64,000 nucleotides of DNA from an uncultured delta proteobacterium. Lineage in GTDB: Bacteria; Desulfobacterota; Binatia; UBA9968. Of this stretch, positions 1-10,786 are shown in pieces. Numbering within the stretch: position 1 is the stretch's first letter; each line of letters starts with the position of its first letter. A model generated the notes under the pieces. The model did no database searches, was not told the origin of the DNA, and worked only from the letters and a program-made list of their open reading frames with translations. The stretch lies in assembly GCA_963755715.1 (NCBI GenBank), contig CAVWLW010000027.1, positions 32,001-96,000 on the forward strand. The letters are read 5' to 3'. The position numbers were made by a program, and so were the translations under genes.

Positions 1-5
1 GAACG

Positions 6-1010
6 ATGCTTCATCGGTTTATCTTCACGCGCTGTAGCAAGACCTTCCCTATTATCGTCATAACTCTGGCATTGATCGCCTGGCCGGATGCCGGACACGC
101 CGAACAGATCAGAGTCGGTTACGGCTCGCTGAGCACCAGTTACGCAGCGATATGGGTGGCGGGCGAGGCGCGGCTGTTTCAGAAAAATGGCATCGATGCC
201 GAAGTTCTTTATCTCGAAAGCGCGCTCGTGCGCACGGCACTGCTGACCGGCGATATTGCGATGGGCGGCATGTCCGGAACGACCATGGCCGCGCCGCGTT
301 TGCAAGGCGGGGATCCGATTCTGATTGCGAGCTTCCTGAACTCGCTGCAGTATCGCCTGGTGGTGCGTCCGGAGATTCGAACCGTTGCCGATCTCAAGGG
401 CAAGCGCGTGGGGGTCGCCGGCTTTGGATTAGGCGCGCATCGAGGGGCGCAAATCATGCTCGCCAAGCTCGGACTCAATCCCGATACCGATGTAACGATG
501 CTGCAAATCGGCGGCGACCCGACGCGCCTGGCGGCGTTGCTCGCCGGCACGATCGATGCCTCGGTCTTCAATCCGCCGCTTTACAAACGCGCGGTGGAAG
601 GCGGCATGCGAGTGTTGGCGAATATCGAAGACATGAACTTTCCCGTCCAGGCTTCCGCGCTCGTCACCACCGACCGCTTCACTAAAAAGAACTACGACCT
701 GACGCGGCGCGCGGTGCGCTCGATCATCGAATCGATCCACGTGATCAAGACCAATCCTGAGCTGACTAAGCGAGCGATCCGAAAATACCTGCGCTTCAAA
801 GACGAGCGCGACACGGACGAGGCCTACCAGATCATGCGCGACATTTTGCCGCGGAAACCCTACCCCACCGTCGAGGGAATCAAGGCTGTCCTCGATGAGC
901 TCAGTCCCAAACTGCCGGCGGCAAAAACCGCCCAGCCGCGCGATTTCATGGACATCCGTTTCATCGAGGAACTGGATCGCTCGGGATTTATCGACCGGCT
1001 CTACAAGTAA
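6..1010 (+). CDS. ABC-type substrate-binding protein, SsuA/THI5(NMT1)-like
   Basis: Signal peptide, IRVGY..S motif, DLKGKRVGV, C-terminal FIEELDRSGFIDRLY typical of the family. Confidence 0.85.
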   Translation: MLHRFIFTRCSKTFPIIVITLALIAWPDAGHAEQIRVGYGSLSTSYAAIWVAGEARLFQKNGIDAEVLYLESALVRTALLTGDIAMGGMSGTTMAAPRLQGGDPILIASFLNSLQYRLVVRPEIRTVADLKGKRVGVAGFGLGAHRGAQIMLAKLGLNPDTDVTMLQIGGDPTRLAALLAGTIDASVFNPPLYKRAVEGGMRVLANIEDMNFPVQASALVTTDRFTKKNYDLTRRAVRSIIESIHVIKTNPELTKRAIRKYLRFKDERDTDEAYQIMRDILPRKPYPTVEGIKAVLDELSPKLPAAKTAQPRDFMDIRFIEELDRSGFIDRLYK

Positions 1011-1030
1011 GCTTCCAGAGAATAAACAAT

Positions 1031-2190
1031 TTAAGCCAAAATCCGCGGTCCAAAAAGTTTGACGGAGTTGTCCCACAAGAATCTTCCGCCTCGCCTCATC
1101 TGAAATCGGCTGGGCGTCGAGATCCGGCAGCGCGCGCTTGGGATCGATCGCATCCGGATGGGGATAATCGGTATTCCAGACGATGTTCTCGCCGTCGAGG
1201 TCGTCCACCACATACTTGAGCGCGCGCTCATCGCTATCGCACGAGATAATGCATTGGCGCATAAAGTATTCGCTCGGGAAGCATCCGCAACTTTTCCGAT
1301 TTGCCCATGACACTATTGCGCCCGTGCGTGTGATCATCCATGCGACCCAGCCAAAACGGCAACCAGCCGGCGTTGGATTCGAGAATCGCCACGCGCAGCT
1401 TCGGAAAGCGCTCAAGAATGCCGGTGAAGATGAAATGTCCGAGCGTGGTCATGTTGTCGCAAGGAAATCCCAGGGCATGGTCCAGGCCGCGAAGCGCAAG
1501 CTCGATGTCGTCTTTTCGTTCTCCTTCAAGCTGGCGAAATGGATGAAACCGGCGCTGGCGGTATTCGCCGTGCGCCGAGATCGGAAAATCCAGCTCACAA
1601 GCGAGATTCCACAGCGCGTCGTACTCGGGCTCGTGCAAGTATTTTCCGACGGGAAGAAATGGATTGCGCACCGAGACCGCGCCCAATTCCGTGACTGCGC
1701 GGCGCGCCTCTTTCACCATCTCGCCGACATCCGAACCCGGCAACACGGCAACAAACTTTAGCCGCTTGGAATCCAAGCTACAGTAGTCGTGGCACCAGTT
1801 GTTATAGGCGCGGCACATGGCGGCGCCTAATTCCAAATCGGTTAGCGCCACCCGGTAGGCAAAGTTGCCGTTGTTCCCGGTCGGCAGCAGGACTTGAATA
1901 TCCCAACCGTATCGATCCATGTCTTTGAGCCGGATCTCGGCGGACCACCATTGACGATAAGCTTCGCCATACTTTTCTTCCAATACCGCCCAGGCGCTCG
2001 CCGGCGGCCGCAACTGGAGATCGCCTTTGGGAATGATCTTGCCATCGGGCTCGTAAACCATGAACACACCGTCCATAAAAGCGACTTTCGGAACCCGATC
2101 TCGGAATTTCGGTTCCACATATCGGTCCCAAAGATATTCGGGTTCATGCATATGCGCGTCAGCGTCGATGACTTTCATTCCCTTCCACAT
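1031..2190 (-). CDS. Amidohydrolase_2 family protein (two frameshifts near C-terminus)
   Basis: VIDADAH metal motif, RAYNNW, FPKLRVAILE; continues in other frames as WNTDYPHPD and LWDNSVKLFG. Confidence 0.85.
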
Positions 2191-2386
2191 GTTGAGCTCC
2201 TTTGTGGTGAATATAAATTGGACAGTAGGTGATACGATGACGGAGTGTCAATAGTTCGGATCGTCCTTCACAAGCGAACAAACCAATTTCTAACGGCGTG
2301 AAATATTGCGTTGAAAGCTAGCCATTAGGAGACATCGGCCGCATTTATCCTCAGCGCAGACCCGGCCTACGGCAAAACCGTTTGAC

Positions 2387-3448
2387 CTACCGATAGAGCC
2401 CGTCGATAAATCCCGAGCGGTCCAACTCCTCTAAAAACCTCACGTCAACAAAATCTTTTGGATCAGCGGTCCTCGCTGCAGGGATCTTCAGGACTCAGCT
2501 CGGCAATGAATGTTCTTGAATCCTTCCAATGGTAGGGTAAGGCTTTCGTTGCGTGAGGCCATCAAGAATCTCATAGGCCTCGTCCAGTTCTTTCTGGTCT
2601 TTCATGCGCATGTATTTGGCGATGGCCCGCTTGGTGACTTCCGGATTCGTTCTAATCAAATGAATCCCTTCGACAAAAGACTTCACCAGACGCCGCATCA
2701 CGTCCGGGTTCTTGGCGATATAACGCTGCGTTGTCACCAGCGCTGAATTCTGAAAAGGAATCCCCATCTCCGCCATATTCGCCATCACTCTCATGCCCGC
2801 TTCAACGGCTCTTTTGTGAACCGGCGGATTTAAAACCGTAGCGTCGATCGAGCCGTTGACCAGCGCTGCAAGCCGAGTCGCCTCGCCTCCGGTCTGCAAA
2901 AGGGTCACATCTTTGTCAGGGTTCAATCCGAGCTTCGCTAGGACAAGACGGGCCGCCCTCTCGGCCAACAGACCAAAGCCGGCGACTCCTACGCGCTTTC
3001 CCTTTAGATCGGCCACGGATTTGATTTCCGGACGAACCACGAAACGAAACGGCAAGAAGTTTTGAAACCCCAAGACCACCACTAAGTCGACTCCTTGCAA
3101 CCGAGGTGTCGCCATCGCAGCGCCCGACATCGCGCCGATTGGAACATCGCCGGCTATCAAAGCGGTCCGCACAAGATTGCTTTCGAGATACAGGACATCG
3201 ACATCCAGACCGTTCTTATCGAAGAGCTTTCCTTCTTTGGTAATCCAAATAAGCGCATAGCCCAATGAGAAGGCGCCGTATCCTATTTTCAGATTGTCGG
3301 CACTGCTCGATCGGGGTGATATCGCTAAGGCGAGCAAAACTACCAACGCGATGTTTCTCGATTTCGTAAACTCTTGACTGCGGCAGAAAGACTGAAGTAT
3401 CGTTTTGATCTGCACAGTAATCCTTTTCTCGGTTTTCCCAAGTTCCAT
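2387..3448 (-). CDS. SsuA/THI5-like substrate-binding protein (C-terminal frameshift)
   Basis: ORF 2495-3448 is a paralog of 6..1010; the tail KDFVDVRFLEELDRSGFIDGLYR* reads in another frame ending at 2387. Confidence 0.8.
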
Positions 3449-3474
3449 AAACCATCTAGCCGGCTTCCGACAAT

Positions 3475-4487
3475 CTACAAAGACTTGCGCTGCGACGCCT
3501 TACCTCTTAACACTGGCAAGACTTCTTTTCCCAAAAGATCGATCTGCTCCAGCCAATCGGCGTAACGAAAACGCAGATCGTAAACGATGTGATCGGCCCC
3601 CGCTTCTTCGTAGGCGCGTGTGTCGCATGCTATATCGGCCGGTGTTCCCGCCAAAATGAAACCACGGATATCGTCCAGGTTTGCAAACATTCCGCTTGGC
3701 GGTTTGACCCATGTCGAAAATTTGTTGGCCTCGGCGATCAAAGACTCGGTCTTTACTTCGCTCAAGGCCGTTTCACGATCCTTGCTGACACTGGTAAACG
3801 GCATCACCGCCGTGCTGATCATCGGTTTGCCGGTTTTCTGGCAAAGCCCGCGAGTATAGTCGATCAGCTTCGTGAAAGTCGCCAGCGTAATGCGCGCGGG
3901 CATCCAGCCGTCGCAGTACTCGACGGCGCGGCGGCACGCAGCCGGCGTGCCGCCGCCGTACCAGATTGGAATCGGCTTGACCGGTGTCGGCTTGAGCGGC
4001 ACGTCGGTGAAATCGAAATAGTCGTTCTTGAAAGAAACTCGTTCGCCAGTCCATAACTTCCGGCAGATCTGTACGTTGCTCCGGACCAATTCGGCGCGCT
4101 CTTCGAGACCGGTCGGATAGCCGGCCGCGGCAAACTCATGAGGAAATCCGCCCAAACCCATTCCCATGATGACACGACCTCGCGAAATCACGCTCAAGCC
4201 GGCAAAGAGCTGCGCGAGATGGATCGGATGGCGATGGCAAATCGCCATTGAAGTACCGAGCGATATATTTTCGTCACAGCCGCGATCGCTGAGAGCACCA
4301 ACAAGCCCTCGATATGCGTATTGTCGCTTCCTTCGATACCGTGAGGCTCGAAAACCAGATGATCCCTCACCCAAACAGAATCGAAGCCGTAGGCTTCGGC
4401 GCGCTTCGCGCCTTCAAGGCACTTTTTCACCGAGGCGTGCTCGCAAAAATGCGGCAGCAATAAGCCAAATTTCAGATTCGTCGCCAT
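3475..4487 (-). CDS. LLM-class flavin-dependent oxidoreductase (frameshift ~4265)
   Basis: KFGLLLP, AEAYGFDSVWVRDH in ORF 4194-4487; LGTS..RHP, IPIWYGG, DGWMP in ORF 3475-4374. Confidence 0.85.
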
Positions 4488-4645
4488 GAAAACTATTTTC
4501 TAGACAGATCCTTTTGTCGCACAATCGAGAACGACAGGCCAGCGCATAGCCGGCGGCAGCGAACCGCATCACGACAATTCTTCCTGACAATAATTTTCCT
4601 GCGCAGATTGCTGAAACGTGCATGGCGGCACGTTACACTTGAAAT

Positions 4646-5341
4646 TTGGCTATGACGGTTTGTCGAAATAATGAGGGTAAAAATCAAAAGCGGCGCATCT
4701 GGATCGGCGTGATCGTCCTGTTCCTGCTTTTCGCCGCGGCGTCGGCCTGGAAGTGGACGCCCCTGGCGGATTTGATCGATATCAATCGACTTTCCGGTTG
4801 GGCCGCGTCGCTGCGCCAGAGCCCGGCGCGCCATTTTTATCTGCTCGGCGCCTACGTCATCGGCAGTATTTTACTGGTTCCGATCACGGCCATGATACTC
4901 GTCACCGCGATCATCTTCGGTCCCGTCATGGGCTCGCTTTATTCGATCGTTGGAAGCCTCGTCGGTGCGGCGGTGACCTATGCCATCGGCCGCTTTCTCG
5001 GCCAGGATTTTGTCCGCAAGATCGCTGGGGCGAAATGGCGGCGCTTGGAGCAAAAGATCCGGCAAACGGGGATCGTGGCGGTGACGACTCTGCGCTTGTT
5101 ACCGATCGCTCCTTTTACCGTCGTCAATATTATTTCCGGTGCCTTCAAAGTGCCGTTGCGCGACTACATCTTGGGATCGTTGCTTGGACTCTTGCCAGGC
5201 ATTCTCATTACGAACCTCTTCGCCCATCAGTTTACCAGCGCGATCCGCGACCCTGGGATTGGCGCATTTCTCGTTTTGGCGGCTTTGATCATAATCACGA
5301 TCGTCGGCACCGTTTGGTTAAAACGCCGCTTCGAATCCTAG
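4646..5341 (+). CDS. TVP38/TMEM64 (VTT/DedA-family) membrane protein
   Basis: Hydrophobic; YAIGRFLG, LRLLPIAPF..VN, DYILGSLLG motifs. Confidence 0.85.
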   Translation: MAMTVCRNNEGKNQKRRIWIGVIVLFLLFAAASAWKWTPLADLIDINRLSGWAASLRQSPARHFYLLGAYVIGSILLVPITAMILVTAIIFGPVMGSLYSIVGSLVGAAVTYAIGRFLGQDFVRKIAGAKWRRLEQKIRQTGIVAVTTLRLLPIAPFTVVNIISGAFKVPLRDYILGSLLGLLPGILITNLFAHQFTSAIRDPGIGAFLVLAALIIITIVGTVWLKRRFES

Positions 5342-5353
5342 CGCAGGCTACAA

Positions 5354-6644
5354 ATGAATCGCCGAGCGTCTGAACCAGGATTTCGAACCAGGAAACGCGG
5401 CATGCTTTGCTTGATCTTGGCGCTGCTCATCGGTTGCGCCAAAGTGCGCGCGATTACCGAGGTGCCGGAGATCCAGCTTGGCGACCCTTCTTTTTTTCCG
5501 ACGATCGAAGCCTACGCCGACGCGCCGATCATCGGCGCCAACAAAATCGAAATACTTCAGAATGGCGACGAGCTCTTCCCAGCGATGCTGCGGGATATAA
5601 AAAGCGCCAAATCGACGATCACCTTCGCGCAATATTTATTCAAAGGCGGCACTCTGGCTCGCGAGCTCGCCCAGAGTTTCGCCGATCGCTGCCGCGCCGG
5701 CGTCAAAGTTTATATCTTGTTGGACGATCACGGCAGCAGCGAAGCCCCCGACGAGATCTTGGAGATCATGCGCCAGGCCGGCTGTCATCTCGACTATTTT
5801 CGCCGGGTGAGAGCGCCCCAAGTCATCCTGCCGTGGAAACTCCTGCAATATAACTATCGGAATCACCGGCGCATCCTCGTCATCGACGGACGCATCGGTT
5901 TCACCGGCGGTTACGGCATCAGCGACGACTGGCTGGGCGACGGCCGCACGCCGAATCACTGGCGCGACACCAACGTGCGCGTTGAAGGGCCGGCGGTAAA
6001 ATACCTGCAAGCTGCTTTCACCGATAGCTGGCTTGAGACCACAGGAAATATTCTCGGCGGCGGCGAATTTTTTCCCCGTCTCGAAGGCGCGCGGCCACGT
6101 GTCGCTTCAGTTCGTCAAAAGCTCGCCGGTCGGCGGCAGCTTTCAGAATTACTTGCTCTATTTGCTGTCGATCACCTCGGCGAAAAAATCGATCCTGATC
6201 ACCAATCCTTATTTCATTCCCGACGATCGAATGACCGAAGCTCTGCTGGACGCGGCGGCGCGCAAAGTTCGCGTCACCGTGCTCGTCCCCGGCAAGATCG
6301 ATTTCAAGATCACCTACCGCGCCAGCCGCAGACACTATGGTCGGATGTTGCTCGGCGGAATCCAAATTTACGAATATTCGCCGGCGCTCTTGCACTCCAA
6401 GACGATGGTGGTGGACGGCGTGTGGGCGACAATCGGCAGCACTAACTTCGATAATCGCTCCTTCGCTTTGAACGAAGAGTTGAATCTGACTCTCTATGAT
6501 CGGCCGCTGGCCCAAAGTCTCGAGGCGACCTTCGCCGAAGACTTGCGGCACTCGCGCCAAATTACCTATGAGGAATGGGATGCGCGCGGGCTGAAAGAAA
6601 AGTTTTTCGAGCTGTTCGCCTTCCCCGTCGAAGAGCAGCTATGA
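5354..6644 (+). CDS. cls: Cardiolipin synthase-like phospholipase D (frameshift ~6090)
   Basis: LQNGDELFP, NHRRILVIDG..GFTGG, WRDT, NPYFIPD, LHSKTMVVDG, GSTNFDNRSF split over ORFs 5354-6445 and 6033-6644. Confidence 0.8.
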
Positions 6645-7379
6645 GCTCGGCCGGGATCCTCGATTATCGCGATCGGCGTATCGTTTGGTGAAGCGGGAAA
6701 TCATCCACGGCACGACGAGCAGAGCAAATCCGAGCAGGGCCAAACTGATTAGCCCCGGCCGGCGCAGCGCGTTTTCGATCTGCACCGCAAACAAAGTCAA
6801 AACCAAGATCCCGGGCACCCGCCCGACCACACTGGCCAAGATAAAATCCAAGAAACGAATGCCGGAAGCGCCGATGAACAGATTGACCAGCGTAAACGGC
6901 CCGACCGGAACGACGCGCATGGCGAGCACGGCTAAAAATCCATGCTGCTCGATACGATCGACCAAAGGCGCGAGCCGGCGCCCGGCGAGTTTGTGCAGCA
7001 AATCTTTGCCGATCAACCGGCCGATGCCATAGCCTTCGGCAGAGCTTAGCAGCCAGCCGCTCAACGCGTAGATATTTCCCCAGAGCGGTCCGAAAGCGAA
7101 TACCGTTGCCAGATTCAAAATCGTGATCGGGAAAAAGCATAGGCTGCCAATCAGATACGCCGCCGCGACGTAAAGCGGCGCGGCCGGGTCGTTCTTCACG
7201 GATTCTTGCCAGGCAAGGATGGTTTCCAGGTTGAACGAATCGTAGAGCGGCGTCCAGCGCCACAACAACGGCAACCCCAGCAATATCAGCGACAGAAAAA
7301 TCGCTTTGCGCCGGCTAATTCCGCCGGTCTGCTTCGCTTCGGCGACCGCCGGATTCGGACGATTTGGCTTGCCCAGCAC
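6639..7379 (-). CDS. TVP38/TMEM64 (VTT/DedA-family) membrane protein
   Basis: YGIGRLIG, MRVVPVGPFTLVN; paralog of 4646-5341. Confidence 0.85.
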   Translation of the reverse strand: MLGKPNRPNPAVAEAKQTGGISRRKAIFLSLILLGLPLLWRWTPLYDSFNLETILAWQESVKNDPAAPLYVAAAYLIGSLCFFPITILNLATVFAFGPLWGNIYALSGWLLSSAEGYGIGRLIGKDLLHKLAGRRLAPLVDRIEQHGFLAVLAMRVVPVGPFTLVNLFIGASGIRFLDFILASVVGRVPGILVLTLFAVQIENALRRPGLISLALLGFALLVVPWMISRFTKRYADRDNRGSRPSS

Positions 7380-7582
7380 CTTTAAAAGGTAAACGTCGAC
7401 AAGGCCTTTATCAATATTCGGTTCAAATCTATGCCGCCAGCGATGCCTGTCGTAGACCCACGTCTAAAAGGACCGTGGCCGCCGCCAAACCATTGATTTG
7501 CAACGCCAAGAAATTTCATTTACCATAAATATGTTTTCATACCGCTCTTTATTTCCAGATTTATTTTTGGAGGAACGCTTTA

Positions 7583-8401
7583 ATGGCCACGATGATCACG
7601 AACGATTGCATCAACTGCGGCGCGTGCGAGCCGGAGTGCCCGAACAACGCGATCTCGCAGGGCGATCCCGTCTATGTGATCGATCCCAAGTTATGCACCG
7701 AGTGTGTCGGATTTCATGACTACGAGGCCTGCGCCGCGGTTTGTCCGGTGGATGTTTGCGTGACCGATCCGAATAATATCGAAAGTGAAGAAGTGCTGAT
7801 GGCGCGAGCCCGGGCGATCCATCCGGAAGTCAGTTTCCCGGAAAATTTCGAATCACGATTTCGTAAAGGGGAAGGAAAAGCTGCTGCCGCTCCCGCAACG
7901 GGCGCAAAGCCAGCAGCGGCGACGGCTGTCGGCGGTGTTGCGCCAAGCGCTGCCGCCGTCAATGCTCCAGCGAGCGCCTTTGCCGAGGCCGACGTCAATT
8001 ATATTCAACTCCCGGAAATCGACTCATGGAGCATTCCCCTGCGTTGTTTCAAATGCAACGCCGTGCAGATCGAGAACGTAAAGAATTTCGTCATCGGCAA
8101 CGTCATCTTCTGTCAGAATTGCAATAAGTCGATGGTGGTGCGCGACAATTTGAATTATCACATCCGCACCTTGATCAAAGAGTCCTACGAAAAATGGGCC
8201 AAAGATCAAACCGACTTCGCCGACCGGCGTGAGCGCGAGCGAGCGGAGTTCCTCGAACGGCGGGCCAAAGAAGCCCAAGCCTTTGAAGCCCATCAGCAAC
8301 GGGAACTGGAAAAAATTCGCGGGCAACTCGACGCCATCGGCCACGACTATGACGCCGCCGGCAAACCGTTTAAGAAGGGATCGCGCTTCGCCTGGGGTTG
8401 A
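7583..8401 (+). CDS. YfhL-family 2x[4Fe-4S] ferredoxin with long C-terminal extension (Ala linker, CxxC..CxxC, coiled coil)
   Basis: CINCGACEPECP and CTECVGF..CAAVCPVDVC; GGAGG RBS. Confidence 0.85.
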   Translation: MATMITNDCINCGACEPECPNNAISQGDPVYVIDPKLCTECVGFHDYEACAAVCPVDVCVTDPNNIESEEVLMARARAIHPEVSFPENFESRFRKGEGKAAAAPATGAKPAAATAVGGVAPSAAAVNAPASAFAEADVNYIQLPEIDSWSIPLRCFKCNAVQIENVKNFVIGNVIFCQNCNKSMVVRDNLNYHIRTLIKESYEKWAKDQTDFADRRERERAEFLERRAKEAQAFEAHQQRELEKIRGQLDAIGHDYDAAGKPFKKGSRFAWG

Positions 8402-8411
8402 TCCTGCCCCA

Positions 8412-8885
8412 ATGCTCTATTCTTGGCTTCATTTGATCGCCCTCATCGTTTATCTCGGCGCTGTGATCGGCTTTTGGCTCATGTTGCTGCCCTCTGTCGC
8501 GATCCTCGATAAACACGAAGACAAAGTTCAATTCCTCGCGCGCGGGCTTAAATTCTACAATCCGCTGCAAGTGGGCGCCTTGGGCATTATTCTCTTCACC
8601 GGCGCTTTTCAATTGACCGAGCTCAAGGCTGCTTATCGCGAGACGTTCGTCAAACAACTGGCCTTTAAGCTCGGCGTGAAGCTCTTTTTTGCATTCCTAC
8701 TGGTCCTATTTAGCGTGTATCAAGCGTTAGGGATCGGCCATCGGTTCGTCCGGCGCCACGAAGGCGGCGACACCGTGACGGCTCCGGAGCTGGATTCCAT
8801 AGTGCGCCGGCTCAAAAGCGCCAACTGGTGCATCCTACTGCTTACTGCGATCACGCTCTGGCTGGGCCTGCGCTTGCGTTATTAA
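8412..8885 (+). CDS. Four-TM membrane protein (CopD/DUF2269-like)
   Basis: WLHLIAL N-terminus, four hydrophobic helices, KLGVKL motif. Confidence 0.55.
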   Translation: MLYSWLHLIALIVYLGAVIGFWLMLLPSVAILDKHEDKVQFLARGLKFYNPLQVGALGIILFTGAFQLTELKAAYRETFVKQLAFKLGVKLFFAFLLVLFSVYQALGIGHRFVRRHEGGDTVTAPELDSIVRRLKSANWCILLLTAITLWLGLRLRY

Positions 8886-8964
8886 GCCTCATCGCTCTAG
8901 CGAACAGCCGCCCAAGACTGCTATGCAGTGTCAGGGCCGTAATACATAAAAAAGAGAGGACACG

Positions 8965-9903
8965 TTGATGGCCAATCGCAAACTGAAAATCATTTACCGC
9001 TCCAATTCCCACGCGCCGCTCTGGCTGGTGGCCGACAAGTCGGGCTCTTGGCAGAAAAACGGTCTCGATGTCGATACCTCGCCGCAGTTGATCCGCGAAA
9101 AAGCGGTGGAGTCCCTCAAGAACGGCCACGTCGATCTGATCTCAGGAAACCACCACAATCTTTACGTGAGAAACGCCAAGAACGGCGAAGATTTCGTCCA
9201 TCTCGCCCAGGCGGCGAACAATTGGACCGAAAATAAACTGGTGGTGCGCCCAGGCATCGGCTCGGTGCAAGAACTGAGGGGCAAGAAAATCGTCGCCGAC
9301 AAGCTCATGTCCCACGCCGGGCTCAATATTTGGCTTTTCCTGAAGCAAGAGGGCTTGGACGTGGACCGGGGCGATGTCGAATTGATCGAAATGCTCGGCT
9401 CCTCAGAAGAGCGTTGGAAACGGGTCGTCGACGGCGAATTCGCCGGGACTTTCGTCACCATCCCCCATGATACCCGCGCTGCAAAGGCCGGCGCTCACGT
9501 CATCCCGGTGCGCGCGATGCCGATGGTCCGAGGAGTGACCCTGACGACGACGATGAATTTCGTCAAAACTCATCCCGATGAGATTCGCCAGCTCACCAAA
9601 GGATTCGTCGACGCGATCCATTTTTTCCGCACCCGCAAGCGGGAGACTCTGGAGATCCTGAAGGAGCACGCTGCGCCGATTCTGAAACTCCAAACCGATG
9701 AGGAAGTGGAAACGCTCTACGAAGAATGGGCCCAATCTCTGGAAACCAAGCCTTACCCGTCCCTGCAAGCAATCTCGAATGTCTTCCAGCTCGCCCTGCG
9801 GCGCAACCCCGAGATCGGCAGCTACAACCCGCTCAGCTTGTGGGATACCCACTTTGTCCGAGAATTAGACGATAGCGGCTACATCGATCGCTTGTACCAA
9901 TAA
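8965..9903 (+). CDS. SsuA/THI5-like substrate-binding-fold protein without signal peptide
   Basis: ELRGKKI, KPYPS, VRELDDSGYIDRLY; no hydrophobic N-terminus. Confidence 0.75.
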   Translation: MMANRKLKIIYRSNSHAPLWLVADKSGSWQKNGLDVDTSPQLIREKAVESLKNGHVDLISGNHHNLYVRNAKNGEDFVHLAQAANNWTENKLVVRPGIGSVQELRGKKIVADKLMSHAGLNIWLFLKQEGLDVDRGDVELIEMLGSSEERWKRVVDGEFAGTFVTIPHDTRAAKAGAHVIPVRAMPMVRGVTLTTTMNFVKTHPDEIRQLTKGFVDAIHFFRTRKRETLEILKEHAAPILKLQTDEEVETLYEEWAQSLETKPYPSLQAISNVFQLALRRNPEIGSYNPLSLWDTHFVRELDDSGYIDRLYQ

Positions 9904-9917
9904 AAACTTGTACCAAC

Positions 9918-9954
9918 AAAAAAAGGCGGAGCTCTTAAAGCTCCGCCTTTTTTT
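9918..9954. terminator. Bidirectional intrinsic terminator
   Basis: AAAAAAAGGCGGAGCT-cttaa-AGCTCCGCCTTTTTTT between convergent genes. Confidence 0.9.
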
Positions 9955-9983
9955 ACGCTGCCTCTTCGGTCCGTAATGACCGT

Positions 9984-10757
9984 TTAGCGCTGTGACAACC
10001 GATTATTCGGCGACTGTTCCTGCGACTGCTGCCCCGGACGAGGCGCCGGTTGCGATGATGGCGCCGCCGCGACTGTCGGCTCGGAAGTAATGCCCTCACG
10101 GTAGACGAGTATCTCGACGCGCCGGTTTTTCGCGCGACCTTGCGGTGTGGTGTTGTCGTTGGCCGGCACGCTCTCGCCGTACGAAACTGCCATCACGCGC
10201 ATCGGATCGAGCTTTTTCTGGGTGATCAAATAGCGGCTAACCGCCTCCGCTCGTTTCTTGCCGAGCTCGTAGTTGAATTCGTCCTTGCCAACGTTATCGG
10301 TGTGTCCCGCGACGACGAAAATCGTCGACCCACTTTCCGCCGTGTCACCCTTGAGATCGCTCAAAAAGCTGTCGACTTCGCGCTGCGCCGATGCCGGCAG
10401 ATTCGATGAATTGAAAGCGAAGTTGGCACCGTCTTTCATATCGATGACGACTTTGCGTTCGAGGCGAAGATTGGCGATTGTGCTAAGCGCTTTTTCCGCC
10501 TTCGCATCGACTTGACCCAATCGTCCCTCGAACTGGCCGAGCTTGCCCTCGACACCGCTAACGCGCCCGCCTAGACTCGAGATATCCCCTTCCGCCTTTT
10601 CCAAGCGGCCTTCCGACGTGGACACTCTACCCGCCAGCGGATCCATCTGTTCCTTGACCCAATCGCGCGTCGCAATACAGCCCTGGGTCAGCAACAGCGA
10701 TCCAACGACTCCGGCGCCAATAAAATACTTGACCCCATAAGAGACAAACCCTTTCAT
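9984..10757 (-). CDS. OmpA-family lipoprotein with N-terminal coiled coil
   Basis: LTQGC lipobox, FAFNSS, GHTD, NYELGKKRAEAV, GRAKNRRVEI. Confidence 0.9.
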   Translation of the reverse strand: MKGFVSYGVKYFIGAGVVGSLLLTQGCIATRDWVKEQMDPLAGRVSTSEGRLEKAEGDISSLGGRVSGVEGKLGQFEGRLGQVDAKAEKALSTIANLRLERKVVIDMKDGANFAFNSSNLPASAQREVDSFLSDLKGDTAESGSTIFVVAGHTDNVGKDEFNYELGKKRAEAVSRYLITQKKLDPMRVMAVSYGESVPANDNTTPQGRAKNRRVEILVYREGITSEPTVAAAPSSQPAPRPGQQSQEQSPNNRLSQR

Positions 10758-10786
10758 AAATTCCTCCTTGTGAAATGTTAATACCC

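Noticed and set aside
4621-7440. TGGCGGCA..TTGAA motifs upstream of both VTT genes as sigma-54 promoters
   Set aside because: Spacing does not fit GG-N10-GC and differs between the two sites
9891-9916. Direct repeat CTTGTACCAA at a gene end as an att site or target-site duplication
   Set aside because: Copies are only 6 bp apart with no element between them and no integrase nearby
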